Shown in pieces: positions 1 through 11,288 of a stretch of DNA of 64,000 nt. The translations under genes were made by a program, and so were the position numbers. The stretch is taken from assembly GCA_963796275.1 (NCBI GenBank), contig CAWCKY010000001.1, positions 928,001 through 992,000 of the forward strand, in the 5' to 3' direction. The stretch is from an uncultured Acidobacteriota bacterium (GTDB lineage Bacteria > Acidobacteriota > Blastocatellia > RBC074). The notes beneath the pieces are model-generated. The model worked only from the letters and a program-made list of their open reading frames with translations, did no database searches and was not told the DNA's origin. The first letter of the stretch is position 1. Each line of letters opens with the position of its first letter.

Positions 1-45
1 CGCCAGAAAAAAATCCCGTTCGTAATCTGAATAATCTTCAGACAT
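1..45 (-). CDS. 5' end of a gene running off the window (MSEDYSDYERDFFLA...)
   Basis: ATG at 45 on the minus strand, preceded by an AAGGAGG Shine-Dalgarno; open to the window edge. Confidence 0.6.
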   Translation of the reverse strand, partial: MSEDYSDYERDFFLA

Positions 46-195
46 TCATCCTCCTTTGATTAATACCCTGCAGAGGGCGGAAGAAAATTCACCGCAAAAT
101 TTGCAAAAGGGACAAGCGCATAGATAGAGGCATCTCAATTACACCATTCTTTTGTCTATTTTGTTTGGGGCGATTCTGCTTTCCGCCAACCGCCT

Positions 196-1431
196 TCAGA
201 CAATGCCCACCATGGCCAATGCCAGCAGCAATGCCCGTTTATAACCCAATTCGCGCCCGGCCGGATCATACCATTCGGTCAAACGGTGCGAATCACCCGA
301 GACCCCTCCCACGCCCATGGTAATCGCAGGTATCCCCATGCTGATCGGAATATTCGAATCTGTCGAAGCGCGGTTCAGTACCGGATTGATGCCGAGAGCG
401 CGTGATGCCTCGATCGCGGTGCGCACGATCGCCGCATCCCGCGGGGTTTCGCCGGAAGGGCGATTCCCGATCAGTCTTATCTCAGACTTTAGTTTCTGTC
501 CGGAAGAGGCGCGTAGTGCGTTTTCATCCAATACGGCCTGATTGATCGCATCGAGCAGAAACTCTTCCAGTTTCGACAGCTCGTTCTCGGAAGCTGAACG
601 CAGGTCGACATCCATCGATGCCGTTTGCGGGATGACATTGACCGATTCGCCTCCTTCTATGCGGCCGATGTTGTATGTTGTTCGCGGATCGGCCGGCGCT
701 CGATAAGCGACTATTCGGGCGATCGCCCGTCCGACGGCGTTGACGGGGTTTACCACACCGAAATCCCCCCAGCTATGTCCGCCAGGGCCCTCCAGTTTGA
801 CGCGGAACCGACGTGATCCCAGCGCCTGATGGGTGATGTAGTTAACGCCCGATCCATCGAAGGATGTAAATCCAGATATCTTGCCGGCGAGCCTTCCCTC
901 GCTCAGCAGATGCCGGACCCCTCGAAGATCGCCTTCGCCCTCCTCGCCGACCGTGGCGACGAAGGCTATTGTCCCCTGCAGCTTGATGTTTGCCGCATTC
1001 ATGGACTGAACCAGGCTGATGAGAGAGGCGAGACCTGCCGCATCATCCGCTATGCCGGGGGCGCACAATCGTGAGCCGACTCGCCGAACCGTGACATCGG
1101 TGCCTTCGGGAAAGACCGTATCGAGATGCGCCGAGAGGACCAGGAGCGCGTGCTCGGATTGCCCGCGAAAAAAACCTATGACATTACCTTCGCTGTCGGC
1201 ATGGACATCGGCGAGCCCGAGCTCGGCGAAGCGCGAGGCGAAATACCGCCCCCGCTCCTGCTCTTTAAATGGAGGCGCGGGAATTTCACAGATGCGGGCG
1301 TGTTCGGCCGTAAATCGAGGGGCGGACGCATCGATGAAATCGAACGCCCGTTTCACCTGCGCATTGTTTACCAGGTCACTGATGGACTTCCAGGGATGAT
1401 GATCGAATATCGGGATTATTGATGCAGGCAT
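196..1431 (-). CDS. M20/M25/M40 family metallo-hydrolase (peptidase)
   Basis: [34 protein letters not shown] and STDSN motifs; start chosen at the ATG at 1431 (ORF track extends to 1482). Confidence 0.85.
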   Translation of the reverse strand: MPASIIPIFDHHPWKSISDLVNNAQVKRAFDFIDASAPRFTAEHARICEIPAPPFKEQERGRYFASRFAELGLADVHADSEGNVIGFFRGQSEHALLVLSAHLDTVFPEGTDVTVRRVGSRLCAPGIADDAAGLASLISLVQSMNAANIKLQGTIAFVATVGEEGEGDLRGVRHLLSEGRLAGKISGFTSFDGSGVNYITHQALGSRRFRVKLEGPGGHSWGDFGVVNPVNAVGRAIARIVAYRAPADPRTTYNIGRIEGGESVNVIPQTASMDVDLRSASENELSKLEEFLLDAINQAVLDENALRASSGQKLKSEIRLIGNRPSGETPRDAAIVRTAIEASRALGINPVLNRASTDSNIPISMGIPAITMGVGGVSGDSHRLTEWYDPAGRELGYKRALLLALAMVGIV

Positions 1432-1571
1432 GCGAAATAATCTACTGCGAGACCCTCCTCGTCGTGGATAATCTTCGGCCAACGATTGTTCAATCTTAGC
1501 GTAAAAATTGCAATCCCAAAGCCACCTTGCGCGCCTCTTGTTTTTGGTGTAGAAGGTGAGCCTCCGTGGAT

Positions 1572-1673
1572 TAGTTTTCGTTTTCAGTTTTCAGTTTATT
1601 AGTTGGATGGTAACGATCGACTGCTGAAAACTGAAAACTGATACCTGAAAACTGAAAACTATTTTCAGAGGAG
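1572..1673. repeat. Inverted heptamer tandem-repeat element (TTTTCAG)n-loop-(CTGAAAA)n ending in the glpX SD
   Basis: Left arm ~1572-1597, right arm 1624-1660, then ATTTTCAGAGGAG. Confidence 0.9.
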
Positions 1674-1681
1674 CCATTGAC

Positions 1682-2731
1682 ATGAACCAACAACGTCCGC
1701 TTGAACACGATCTACTTTTCGATTTTCTGCGGGTCGTCGAAGCAGCCGCCATCGCGGCCGCGCGCACTATGGGAAAAGGCGACCGTAAGTATTCCGACCA
1801 CGTTGCAGTCGAAATGATGCGTCAGGTTATGGATACCATCCCCATGGATGGAACCGTCGTTATCGGGGAGGGCGAGCGCGACGAGGCCCCGATGCTCTAT
1901 ATCGGCGAAAGGGTCGGATTGGGTGCAAAAAACGGCAATGATGGGAACCATCCGCAGGTCGATATCGCCGTCGATCCGCTCGAAGGAACGAACTTATGCG
2001 CGACGGGAGCGGCGAACGCCATCGCTGTCCTGGCCGCTGCCGAGAAAGGCGGCCTCCTCCACGCGCCCGATATCTATATGAACAAGATCGTCGTCGGTCC
2101 CTCTTCTAAAGGCGCGGTCGACATCGATTCGCCGGTCAGGGATAACCTCAACGCAATTGCGACGCGATTGAAACGCAAAGTCGAGGATCTGACGGTCGTC
2201 GTGCTTGATCGTCCGCGACACCGCAAGTTGATCCAGGATATCCGTGATACGGGTGCGCGTATCAGATTGATCGGCGACGGCGATCTCTCCGCGGGTATCT
2301 CCTCGGCGGTTGCGGGGTCCGGCGTTCATGCGCTGATGGGCATCGGAGGCGGGCCGGAAGGAGTCATCACCGCCGCCGCAATGAAATGTCTCAACGGCGA
2401 AATCCAGGCGCGATTTATGATGAAGGAACAGCTCGAACAGCCCGAAGACCGCTCTAAGATTGCGGATGGCATGTATGAACGGATGCAGGCGATGGGAATC
2501 AGCGATCCCACGCGAGTCTTCGATACCAACGAACTCGCTCCGGGGAAGAAGATAATCTTCGCGGCCTGCGGTGTGACCGACGGCACGATTCTGAACGGCG
2601 TCAGATTTTTCGGCACCGGGAAGCGCACGCAATCGTTGGTGATGACGACCGAGACGAGGCACGTCCGCTTTGTCGATACCGTTCACGTCGAAGGAGGTCC
2701 GGATTCATTTGTCCGGTTCGATAGGAGTTGA
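1682..2731 (+). CDS. glpX: Class II fructose-1,6-bisphosphatase
   Basis: [39 protein letters not shown] and GGGPEGV motifs. Confidence 0.95.
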   Translation: MNQQRPLEHDLLFDFLRVVEAAAIAAARTMGKGDRKYSDHVAVEMMRQVMDTIPMDGTVVIGEGERDEAPMLYIGERVGLGAKNGNDGNHPQVDIAVDPLEGTNLCATGAANAIAVLAAAEKGGLLHAPDIYMNKIVVGPSSKGAVDIDSPVRDNLNAIATRLKRKVEDLTVVVLDRPRHRKLIQDIRDTGARIRLIGDGDLSAGISSAVAGSGVHALMGIGGGPEGVITAAAMKCLNGEIQARFMMKEQLEQPEDRSKIADGMYERMQAMGISDPTRVFDTNELAPGKKIIFAACGVTDGTILNGVRFFGTGKRTQSLVMTTETRHVRFVDTVHVEGGPDSFVRFDRS

Positions 2732-3249
2732 GAAGCCCTCGTTTGAAGACCGCCGTTGTACGCAGAGCAGGAGCGGTCTATCTATCATTATTGCTGATAT
2801 CGCTCGCCTGGCTGGGTGCGATCGCAGTTGCCCCGTTTTTATTGGCTAAAAACCATCTGACCTCCTCATTGATCATTTATCAATGCTTTTCCATGATCTG
2901 TCATCAGATCCCGGACCGCAGCTTTCACTACTGGGGTTATCCGCTGGGAGTTTGTTCGCGCTGTGCGGGTATTTATGGAGGATTTTTTGCCGGCCTCCTG
3001 CTCTATCCGCTGCTAAGAAATATTCGCGACGGGAGGTTTCCGTCGCGATGGTGGCTGGTCGCTGCGACTATTCCCATGTTGATCGATTTCGCCTGCGACT
3101 TCACGAAAATTCTGGCCAACACATTTTTTTCACGAACGTTAACCGGTCTATTGTTCGGATCGGTTACCGCGTTCTTTATCTTACCTGGTTTCATCGCCGC
3201 ATTTCATGCAGATAATGCCGATTTAACCCCCGACCCCTACGGAGGATGA
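2728..3249 (+). CDS. DUF2085-type membrane protein
   Basis: CHQIPDRSF and VCSRCAGIY motifs, hydrophobic helices; overlaps the glpX stop. Confidence 0.8.
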   Translation: MRSPRLKTAVVRRAGAVYLSLLLISLAWLGAIAVAPFLLAKNHLTSSLIIYQCFSMICHQIPDRSFHYWGYPLGVCSRCAGIYGGFFAGLLLYPLLRNIRDGRFPSRWWLVAATIPMLIDFACDFTKILANTFFSRTLTGLLFGSVTAFFILPGFIAAFHADNADLTPDPYGG

Positions 3250-3255
3250 CTAGTT

Positions 3256-3825
3256 ATGAACGATCTCGATTGGAAAATGCCGGCGCTGTTCGGCGGATTG
3301 ATCACCGGGGTGTTCTCGGTAGTTCCGATTGTCAACCTCGCGAATTGTTGTTTCTGTGGCTGGGCGCTGTTCGGTGGCGTCATCGCCGCAAAGATGCTGA
3401 TCAACCGAACTCCGCATCAGGTTAAAAGCAGTGAAGGGGCTAAGGTAGGAGTGATGGCAGGACTGGTCGCCATTGCCGTATATTTGCTCATCTCTACGCC
3501 GTTGATCTTGTCGGGGGCGTTTGAAGGGTTTCAGACTCAATTGATGTCGAGGATCGGAGAATATTCGAATGATCCCAATATTCAGGATGCAATGCAGAGA
3601 GCGATAGAGGAGAACCAAAACAGAACGGCAATCCAGAAATATATCGGTTCTCTCGTATTTCTGATTCCTTTCTCTGTATTTCTTGGGGCATTCTGCGTGC
3701 TGGGAGGGTTGCTGGGAGTGGCATTGTTCGAAAAACGTAAGGATATGCCGTCACCACCGCAATATCCTCCGACGATCACACCCACGTATCCGTCACAGTA
3801 TCCTCCGCAGTCTGGCGGAGAATAA
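3256..3825 (+). CDS. Hypothetical membrane protein with NCCFC motif and Pro/Tyr-rich tail
   Basis: GGAGGA SD, about 4 hydrophobic segments, PPQYPP tail. Confidence 0.75.
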   Translation: MNDLDWKMPALFGGLITGVFSVVPIVNLANCCFCGWALFGGVIAAKMLINRTPHQVKSSEGAKVGVMAGLVAIAVYLLISTPLILSGAFEGFQTQLMSRIGEYSNDPNIQDAMQRAIEENQNRTAIQKYIGSLVFLIPFSVFLGAFCVLGGLLGVALFEKRKDMPSPPQYPPTITPTYPSQYPPQSGGE

Positions 3826-4221
3826 AAGAGCGGCGAAGAATTCGATGGGGAGCGGGCGAGCGGTGATGCCAAAAGTATTAACAAACATCCCTATTTATCC
3901 CAATCTCGTTCGTCGCTCCCCAGCTACATTTTGACGTCACCGCGACGAATTCTTCGACCTTAGAAAATTTTGCGCTTGTATGAAACCCCAGATTAAGGCT
4001 ATCATCCCCCTTCACCTGAACCGACTGGTATCACGTCGAAACCGATAATTTAAGGTATTCTCTACCATCTCCTTGATTCTAAATACCTCCCGAAAATGAC
4101 ATTTTAGAACGGCACGTATAACTTCAGATTGATCCGGGACTAATCCCCTAGACACAGGATGAAAGGTTTTGCCCTTGTATCCTGAAAAGAGAACCGGCCT
4201 GGAAAAATCTGTAGGTGAAAA

Positions 4222-5109
4222 GTGATGAAGTTCGAAAATGCTACGGTCAATGCGCTGACGGTAGATGTGGAGGATTATTTTCAGGTAGAAGCCTTTTCCG
4301 GCAATATCTCTCGCAGCGATTGGTCCCGGTGGGAATCGAGAGTCGAGAGAAATACTGATGGTCTGCTTGATCTATTCGAACTCCACAATGCTCGCGGCAC
4401 ATTCTTCATTCTCGGTTGGGTGGCGCAAAAATTTCCGAAGGTTGTGCGGAAGATCGTCAATTCCGGACACGAAATCGCCTGTCACGGTTATAACCATGAG
4501 CTGATCAGCAATCAGAGCCCCGACCAGTTCCGATTCGACATCAGGCGTGCCAAATCAGTACTGGAGGATATCGGCGGGGTGATTGTCGATGGTTACCGCG
4601 CGCCCACATATTCCATAACTTCACAGACGCTCTGGGCCCTGGACATTCTGATCGAAGAGGGATTTCGCTACGATTCATCAATATTTCCCGTTTACCACGA
4701 CCGTTATGGCATACCGCAGGCCGGGCGCTTTCCCTATGTCATTCATTGTGCGTCAGGTGACATCCTGGAATTTCCCCCCTCGACCGTACAGATACTCAAC
4801 CAGAATCTGCCGATAGTGGGTGGAGGTTATTTCCGGCTCATGCCTTATCCGCTCTTCCGCTGGGGGGTGCGGCACATCAATCGAAGAGAAGGTCGATCGG
4901 CGATCTTTATGATCCATTCCTGGGAGATCGATCCGTCTCAGCCGATTATGCCGGGAACATGGGCAAATATCTGGCGCCATCGCAAAAATCTGCATCTAAC
5001 CAGACCTCGATTGGAAAAACTCCTTGAAGAATTTCGTTTTGCCCCTGTAAGCGAAGTCTTACAGCTCGATTTGGATGCCGCGCGTTTCACTATCGCCGCG
5101 CATTTTTAA
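4222..5109 (+). CDS. Polysaccharide deacetylase, XrtA/PEP-CTERM-locus subfamily (DUF3473)
   Basis: [36 protein letters not shown] and HSWEIDP motifs. Confidence 0.9.
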   Translation: MMKFENATVNALTVDVEDYFQVEAFSGNISRSDWSRWESRVERNTDGLLDLFELHNARGTFFILGWVAQKFPKVVRKIVNSGHEIACHGYNHELISNQSPDQFRFDIRRAKSVLEDIGGVIVDGYRAPTYSITSQTLWALDILIEEGFRYDSSIFPVYHDRYGIPQAGRFPYVIHCASGDILEFPPSTVQILNQNLPIVGGGYFRLMPYPLFRWGVRHINRREGRSAIFMIHSWEIDPSQPIMPGTWANIWRHRKNLHLTRPRLEKLLEEFRFAPVSEVLQLDLDAARFTIAAHF

Positions 5110-5136
5110 TGAAATAGCGAACAGAAAAATAGACTT

Positions 5137-6249
5137 ATGAGCTTCAGTTCACCCACTAATCCGGCCGTTTCGGGTGCGCCCCCTCGGGTGGCGAAACGCG
5201 CAACCGTTTCTATCAAACGCTTGACCGGCGCCGATGTCGAAAGGTGGGATGAATACGTGATGCGAACTCCGGAAGCCACTTTTTGTCATCGCAGCGGATG
5301 GATAAAAGTCATTGAAGAGACGTGGCGCCACAGGTCGCATTCCCTATTGGCCGAGCGCGATGGGGACGTCACCGGCGTGCTGCCGCTCGTTCACGTAAAG
5401 AGCCGCATCTTCGGGTCGATGTTGGTCTCGACTCCGAATGCGGCTTATGGCGGCGCTGTGGCGGATGAAGCGGCAACCTCCCGCGCATTGATCGAGGCGG
5501 CCAAGCAATTAGCCAAGGATCTGGACGTCGATTATCTGGAACTGCGCAATCAGGGATCGACCGAATATGGTTGGCAGACGGAAGGCTTCCAGCCTCAGAA
5601 TCTCTACGTCAGTTTCGATTGTCCGATCACGCCCGAGGAAGAGAGCTTAATGAAGAGTTTCCCCGGTGACGTTCGCCGGATGATCCGGCAAGGGCTCAAG
5701 CACGGGTTGAATGCAGAGTTCGGACGTGAGGAATTGCTCGACGACTTTTATGAGGTCTACGCCACGAGCGTGCATAACCTGGGTACTCCCGTATTCCCGA
5801 AAAGACTGTTCGCTGAGTTCCTCCGCACATTCACGAATGAATGCGACATCCTCATCGTTCGCCATGCCGGCGGCGTTGCGGGGGGAGTGATGAATTTCTA
5901 TTTTCGCGATGTCGTCCTGCCATACTTCGGCGGCGCATATGCGAAATATTATCGGACCGGAATAAACAATTTTATGTACTGGGAGTTGATGCGCAGCGCC
6001 GCCGCGCGCGGTTATCGAACATTTGATTTCGGAAGAAGCAAATGCGGCGCCGGATCGTACGAATTCAAGCGCGGTTGGCGAATGCGAGAGCGGCCCCTGC
6101 CATACCAATATTTTCTAGTGCGAAGAAAAGAGATGCCAAACCTGAATCCGTCAAATCCGAAGTTCAGGCTGATGATCGAGGCATGGAAACGCCTTCCGCT
6201 GGGTGCGACGAAGGTAATCGGGCCGTGGATCGTGAGGAATTTACCGTAA
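5137..6249 (+). CDS. FemAB-related (GNAT) protein, XrtA/PEP-CTERM system-associated
   Basis: SRIFGSMLVSTP, HNLGTPVFP, FDFGRSK and NLNPSNPKF motifs. Confidence 0.85.
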   Translation: MSFSSPTNPAVSGAPPRVAKRATVSIKRLTGADVERWDEYVMRTPEATFCHRSGWIKVIEETWRHRSHSLLAERDGDVTGVLPLVHVKSRIFGSMLVSTPNAAYGGAVADEAATSRALIEAAKQLAKDLDVDYLELRNQGSTEYGWQTEGFQPQNLYVSFDCPITPEEESLMKSFPGDVRRMIRQGLKHGLNAEFGREELLDDFYEVYATSVHNLGTPVFPKRLFAEFLRTFTNECDILIVRHAGGVAGGVMNFYFRDVVLPYFGGAYAKYYRTGINNFMYWELMRSAAARGYRTFDFGRSKCGAGSYEFKRGWRMRERPLPYQYFLVRRKEMPNLNPSNPKFRLMIEAWKRLPLGATKVIGPWIVRNLP

Positions 6250-6345
6250 TGAAAGCCAAAAGGCCGAAAAGTAGGGAAAACGAGATCGATGGCAGATTTT
6301 CTCTCGCTTTTGCACCTTTCTGTCTTTTGTTTCCCATTCTTTTTT

Positions 6346-7602
6346 ATGAATAGAATGAAACTGTTATTCTTGGCCCATCGCGTACCATATCCTCCGAATA
6401 AAGGCGACAAGATTCGTTCGTATAATGAGCTGCGCGGATTCGTTGAGCGAGGGAACGAGGTCCATCTGCTTGCATTTGCCGATAACCGTCGCGACTCGAG
6501 CTATCAGGAAATCCTGACGCAACTTTGCGCTTCGGCCGAGATTGTCCCCCTACGTCGTCTTGATGCAAAATTGCGCGCGTCTGCGAATTTGATGACGAGT
6601 AAGCCGCTTTCGCTCGGCTATTTTGAATCGGGGAAGATGAAGCGGCTGGTCAGGCAGTCGATCGCCCAAAACGATTACGATGCCGTCTTCGTCTACTCGT
6701 CCACCATGGCGCAGTACGTGCCGTGCGAGTTATGGGCTCGAACGATCGTCGACCTGGTCGATGTCGATTCGGAGAAGTGGCGCGATTATGCTCATTTCGC
6801 GAAACCTCCGAAGTCGTGGCTCTTTGATCTGGAATGGAAAAGGTTGCGGCGCTACGAGTATGAGATCGTCCGGCGCTTCGCTTTCACGATCCTGACGACG
6901 CAGCGCGAGGCGTCATTGCTGGAAGATCTGGATGAATTCACCAGGCACGCGCGTTTGCGGATCATCACCAACGGCGTCGATCTGGATTATTTTCACGCTG
7001 ATGACGAACGAGCCATATCGCCCACGCCGCGACTGGTCTTCGTCGGTGCGATGGATTATTACGCCAATATCGAAGGCGTCACCTGGTTTGTCGAGAAGGT
7101 TTTCCCCTTGATACGCCGACTCGAGCCGCGGGCGGAGTTTTACATCGTGGGGAGCAATCCGACGAGCGAAGTCGAACAACTCGGACGGTGCAAGGGTGTG
7201 AGCGTCACCGGTTTGGTCTTTGACGTGCGCCCGTTCATGCGCAGCGCGACCGCTTGCGTCGTACCGCTGCGGATCGCACGCGGCGTTCAAAACAAAGTCC
7301 TCGAGGCAATGGCGGCGGGTAAGGCGATCGTCGCCACGCCGGAGGCCGTCGCAGGATTGCACGTCAAAGATGGAAAGGAATTACTACTGGCCCGGACGCC
7401 GGAGGAGTTTGCCGATGCGACCCTCAGCCTGATCCGTCAGGATACGCTGCGTCGCGAATTATCGCGCAAATCGCTACGCTTCGTCGAAACCGAGCACGAC
7501 TGGGAGCCGCTCGTGAAGAGCGTGAACGAATTGATCGAATCAGTCGCACTCAGGCATTCGACACATGCGGGAAACGATCTGAGATCGTTGGTACATAAAT
7601 GA
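6346..7602 (+). CDS. GT4 glycosyltransferase, TIGR03087-like (XrtA-associated)
   Basis: AHRVPYPPNKGDKIRS, VDVDSEKW and ARGVQNKVLEAMA motifs; start uncertain (6346 or 6355; ORF track 6289 lies within a repeat). Confidence 0.85.
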   Translation: MNRMKLLFLAHRVPYPPNKGDKIRSYNELRGFVERGNEVHLLAFADNRRDSSYQEILTQLCASAEIVPLRRLDAKLRASANLMTSKPLSLGYFESGKMKRLVRQSIAQNDYDAVFVYSSTMAQYVPCELWARTIVDLVDVDSEKWRDYAHFAKPPKSWLFDLEWKRLRRYEYEIVRRFAFTILTTQREASLLEDLDEFTRHARLRIITNGVDLDYFHADDERAISPTPRLVFVGAMDYYANIEGVTWFVEKVFPLIRRLEPRAEFYIVGSNPTSEVEQLGRCKGVSVTGLVFDVRPFMRSATACVVPLRIARGVQNKVLEAMAAGKAIVATPEAVAGLHVKDGKELLLARTPEEFADATLSLIRQDTLRRELSRKSLRFVETEHDWEPLVKSVNELIESVALRHSTHAGNDLRSLVHK

Positions 7603-8702
7603 TAAAGATCATCAACGTCGTGGGGGCGCGCCCGAATTTCATGAAGATGGCTCCGATCATTGCCGCGATCCGGCGGCGGTCGGGCGAGGCGAGTCAACTG
7701 CTTGTCCATACTGGACAACATTACGATGAGGCGATGTCCAGGGCTTTTTTCCGCGACCTGGAGATGCCCCCGCCCGACGTTGATCTGGGCATAGGCTCCG
7801 GCACTCACGCGGAACAGACCGCGCGCGTGATGCTCGCGTTCGAGCCGATCTTGAACGAAGAGCGGCCCGATTGGGTCGTCGTCGTCGGGGATGTCAATTC
7901 GACGCTCGCTTGCGCGCTGGTGGCGAGTAAGCTAAATACGCGGGTCGCGCACGTCGAAGCGGGATTGCGCAGCTACGACAGGACGATGCCTGAAGAGATC
8001 AACCGGGTGCTGACGGATCAGATCGCCGACTTATTATTCACGCCGAGCGAGGATGCCGATGCTAACCTGCTTCGCGAAGGAATCAGGTCTGAGAAGATAG
8101 TGCGAGTCGGTAATGTAATGATCGACACGTTGATGAGACGGTTGAGCGTATCGGAGAGTTCCGGAATTCTCGAACATTTGAATCTGCAGCGAGGGGCGTT
8201 TGCGGTCTTGACGCTCCATCGCCCCTCGAACGTCGATGATGCGGTGACGCTGCGCGCGATTTTCACCGCGCTCGGCGAGGTCGCGCACAGGCTGCCGGTA
8301 ATCTTTCCGGCTCATCCACGAACACGCTTACGCTTGCGTGAGTTCGGGATCGAACAGCCGCACGGCGTCACGATCTTAGAGCCGTTGGGTTATCTCGATT
8401 TTCTTCAGCTCTGGAGCAGTGCGCGGCTGGTGATGACGGATTCGGGAGGTTTACAGGAAGAGACTACCGCGCTCTCCGTGCCTTGTCTGACATTGCGGGA
8501 GAACACCGAACGCCCTATCACCGTTGAGCAGGGCACAAACAAGGTCGTCGGGCGAGACCCGGTTCGTATCGTCGAAGCCGTCTCGCAGGTCTTAGGCAAC
8601 GGACGGCCGTCTAAAAAGCGGGTGCCGGATATGTGGGATGGGCATGCGGCTGATCGTATCGTCGAGGCGTTGCTAAACCCGGTTCATCGAATTCCCCCGT
8701 AG
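7599..8702 (+). CDS. wecB: UDP-N-acetylglucosamine 2-epimerase (non-hydrolysing)
   Basis: GARPNFMK, HTGQHYD, HVEAGLRS, DSGGLQEE and TERP motifs. Confidence 0.92.
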   Translation: MIKIINVVGARPNFMKMAPIIAAIRRRSGEASQLLVHTGQHYDEAMSRAFFRDLEMPPPDVDLGIGSGTHAEQTARVMLAFEPILNEERPDWVVVVGDVNSTLACALVASKLNTRVAHVEAGLRSYDRTMPEEINRVLTDQIADLLFTPSEDADANLLREGIRSEKIVRVGNVMIDTLMRRLSVSESSGILEHLNLQRGAFAVLTLHRPSNVDDAVTLRAIFTALGEVAHRLPVIFPAHPRTRLRLREFGIEQPHGVTILEPLGYLDFLQLWSSARLVMTDSGGLQEETTALSVPCLTLRENTERPITVEQGTNKVVGRDPVRIVEAVSQVLGNGRPSKKRVPDMWDGHAADRIVEALLNPVHRIPP

Positions 8703-8912
8703 TTATCTAAGATTAAAATCGACGGCAAGTAGCTATTTGACGATCATTAGCTAACAGGGGCCTTTGGCTCCAGCCCTGGCGATTGAATTGCGACGCCATA
8801 TCTTAGTTGTCATAAGTTTGCGTTTATTTTATCAGGTATACCCGGTTTGCCACGATCAATCGATCATTGCCAATCGTTTTCTCCGCAAAAAAAAGGCCGA
8901 TGACGATTCGCA

Positions 8913-10163
8913 ATGAACAATGCTCAGATAAATGGGTGTTTGCATGCTATGAAGGTTCTCCACGTACTCGATCACTCTTTGCCGTATTTCAGCGGATACA
9001 GTTTTCGCAGCGACTACATTATCCGTGCGCAGAAAAGCCTGGGCCTCAATCCGGTTGTCGTGACTTCTCCGAAACACGAGGATTTCAGCAACGAGCGCGA
9101 GGAGATAGACGATATCGAGTTTTACCGCGTCCGATGGCCTTCCTACTCTTCGTCGAGGCTGCAGACAGTCCCCCTGGTCAAAGAGATGGCCTGCATCGCC
9201 GTCCTCTCGAAGGAGATCTCGAGGATAGCCCTGAAATTAAAAGTAGAGATCATCCACTCTCATTCCCCCTTTCTCAACGGGCTGGCGGCGGCGCGGGCAT
9301 CGGAGCATCTGGGGGTCCCGTGGATCTACGAGCTGCGCTATTACGATGAAGATGCCGCTGTCGATCGAGGCAAGATCAAACACAATTCGTTGCGTTACAA
9401 ATTATCGCAGAGGCTGGAGCAATCTGCGCTTGAGCAGGCAGCTCGGATCGTGACGATCAGCTCGGCGTTGAAAGATGACCTGATTTGTCGCGGCATCGAG
9501 GAGAGCAAGATATTCGAAGTGCCGAACGGCGTAGATACCGATCATTTCCGACCGCGCGAGCCCGATGGCGAACTGATCGCCAAATATGGGCTCACTGGCA
9601 AAATCGTCATTGGATTCATCGGTTCGTTCTATTTTTACGAAGGTCTCGAGTTCCTGATTGACTCGGTACTTTTATTGCTCAAACAGAGGTATGACATAAA
9701 GGTACTTCTCGCGGGAGAAGGCGAGGCTCAAGCGGGGCTGGAGGCCCGTATCCCGGCGGGGCTGCGCGAACATTTCATCTTCACCGGGAATATTGCCCAC
9801 AATGATGTGCGCCGCTATTACTCGGTGATGGACATGCTGGTCTATCCGCGCATCAAATCGAGGCTGACCGAATTGACCACGCCTCTCAAACCGCTTGAAG
9901 CGATGGCGATGGGCAGGGTTGTGGTGGGCAGCGATACGGGCGGGATCCGCGAACTGGTGAAGGATGGGTTGAATGGGTTTCTGGTCGGCACCAGGAACCC
10001 GGAGGCGATTGCTGGTTGCCTGGCGAAACTCGCCGGAGACCTGACCGTACGGCGCAATATCGGGGAACAGGCGCGAGATTTCGTAATGCGAGAGCGCGAG
10101 TGGAAAAAGCTGGTCGAGCGTTATTTCAATATTTACAACATGGCGTTGCAGGAGAGCGGATAA
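8913..10163 (+). CDS. GT4 glycosyltransferase, TIGR04063-like (XrtA-associated)
   Basis: LHVLDHSLP, FIGSFYFYEGL and LTTPLKPLEAMA motifs; real start may be 8949. Confidence 0.85.
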   Translation: MNNAQINGCLHAMKVLHVLDHSLPYFSGYSFRSDYIIRAQKSLGLNPVVVTSPKHEDFSNEREEIDDIEFYRVRWPSYSSSRLQTVPLVKEMACIAVLSKEISRIALKLKVEIIHSHSPFLNGLAAARASEHLGVPWIYELRYYDEDAAVDRGKIKHNSLRYKLSQRLEQSALEQAARIVTISSALKDDLICRGIEESKIFEVPNGVDTDHFRPREPDGELIAKYGLTGKIVIGFIGSFYFYEGLEFLIDSVLLLLKQRYDIKVLLAGEGEAQAGLEARIPAGLREHFIFTGNIAHNDVRRYYSVMDMLVYPRIKSRLTELTTPLKPLEAMAMGRVVVGSDTGGIRELVKDGLNGFLVGTRNPEAIAGCLAKLAGDLTVRRNIGEQARDFVMREREWKKLVERYFNIYNMALQESG

Positions 10164-10286
10164 TGAGAAATATCGGAAGTGAGCGACAACGAAACCGTGC
10201 TATCGAAGATAAGGCGTAAGCTTGATTACTCATTGATCTTTTCTTAACATCTCGCTTCTCCAGGCCGTCCATCCTCCCCGAATTTT

Positions 10287-11168
10287 ATGCCCGTGACACT
10301 GATCAAAAAGAGCGAGGAGAAGGGGACCGCGCCGCTCACGGATGGGCCGGTGCTCGAGAGCACCGTTGAGTGGAGCGATAGCCTGCTGGCGCACGCGCGC
10401 GAGTTGTTCAGACATCGTGAGTTGCTCTGGCTGATAACTCAGCGCGAGATCAAAGTGCGTTACAAGCAGAGTATGCTCGGGGCGCTCTGGGCTGTTCTGC
10501 AGCCATTCTCCCTCATGGTCGTGTTCACGATCTTCTTTTCATGGTTCGCGCGCATGCAGAGCGATGGGATACCATATCCCCTGTTTTCATATGCCGCATT
10601 ATTGCCCTGGATGTTCTTTTCAACTTCTCTCTCCTTTGCCATCCCGAGTCTGGTCTCCAACTCGCACATCATCACCAAGATTTATTTTCCTCGTGAAATC
10701 GTACCGCTGGCATCGGTTCTCGCGGCATTTCTGGATTTCATAATCGCCTCGGGGATTTTTGTATTGATGCTTTTCTATTATCGGGTCGCGTTGACCTGGA
10801 ATGTTCTCTACGTTATCCCGCTGGCGGGGATCCAGGTCGCGTTCACCGCAGGCATATGTCTGCTACTTTCCGCTTTCACCGTGCTATATCGCGATGTGCG
10901 CCATATGCTGCCGCTTTTGATACAGATCTGGATGTTCGTCACGCCGATTCTTTATCCGGTATCGGTCGTGCCCGAAAGATGGCGGGCATGGTATCTGACG
11001 CTCAATCCGATGGCCGTGATTATCGATGGATATCGGCGCGCAGCCGTTCAGGGTCTGCCGCCGCAGCTCGGCTTCCTGGCAGTGTCTGCCATTGTCTCGG
11101 GGCTGTTGCTGTGGCTGGGGTATAAATATTTCAAGCATCTGGAACGTGAATTCGCTGACATGATTTAA
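10287..11168 (+). CDS. wzm: ABC-2 polysaccharide exporter permease (Wzm)
   Basis: [26 protein letters not shown] and NPM motifs; several TM helices. Confidence 0.88.
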   Translation: MPVTLIKKSEEKGTAPLTDGPVLESTVEWSDSLLAHARELFRHRELLWLITQREIKVRYKQSMLGALWAVLQPFSLMVVFTIFFSWFARMQSDGIPYPLFSYAALLPWMFFSTSLSFAIPSLVSNSHIITKIYFPREIVPLASVLAAFLDFIIASGIFVLMLFYYRVALTWNVLYVIPLAGIQVAFTAGICLLLSAFTVLYRDVRHMLPLLIQIWMFVTPILYPVSVVPERWRAWYLTLNPMAVIIDGYRRAAVQGLPPQLGFLAVSAIVSGLLLWLGYKYFKHLEREFADMI

Positions 11169-11173
11169 GAGGT

Positions 11174-11283
11174 TTCGGTTATCGGTTATCGGTTGTCGCT
11201 TGTCGGTAGTCGGGTGCCTGTAGTCGGTAGCCGGTTATCGGTAGCTGACAACCGATAACCGATAACCGATAACAACCGATAAG
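11174..11283. repeat. Inverted heptamer element (TCGGTTA/TCGGTAG)n-(ACCGATA)n between wzm and wzt
   Basis: Degenerate left arm 11174-11243, right arm 11250-11282, followed by AAGAGG SD. Confidence 0.85.
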
Positions 11284-11288
11284 AGGCA

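Noticed and set aside
3940-4221. Sigma-54 promoter expected for PEP-CTERM-type loci
   Set aside because: CGGCACG at ~4110 lacks the TTGC at the -12 position.
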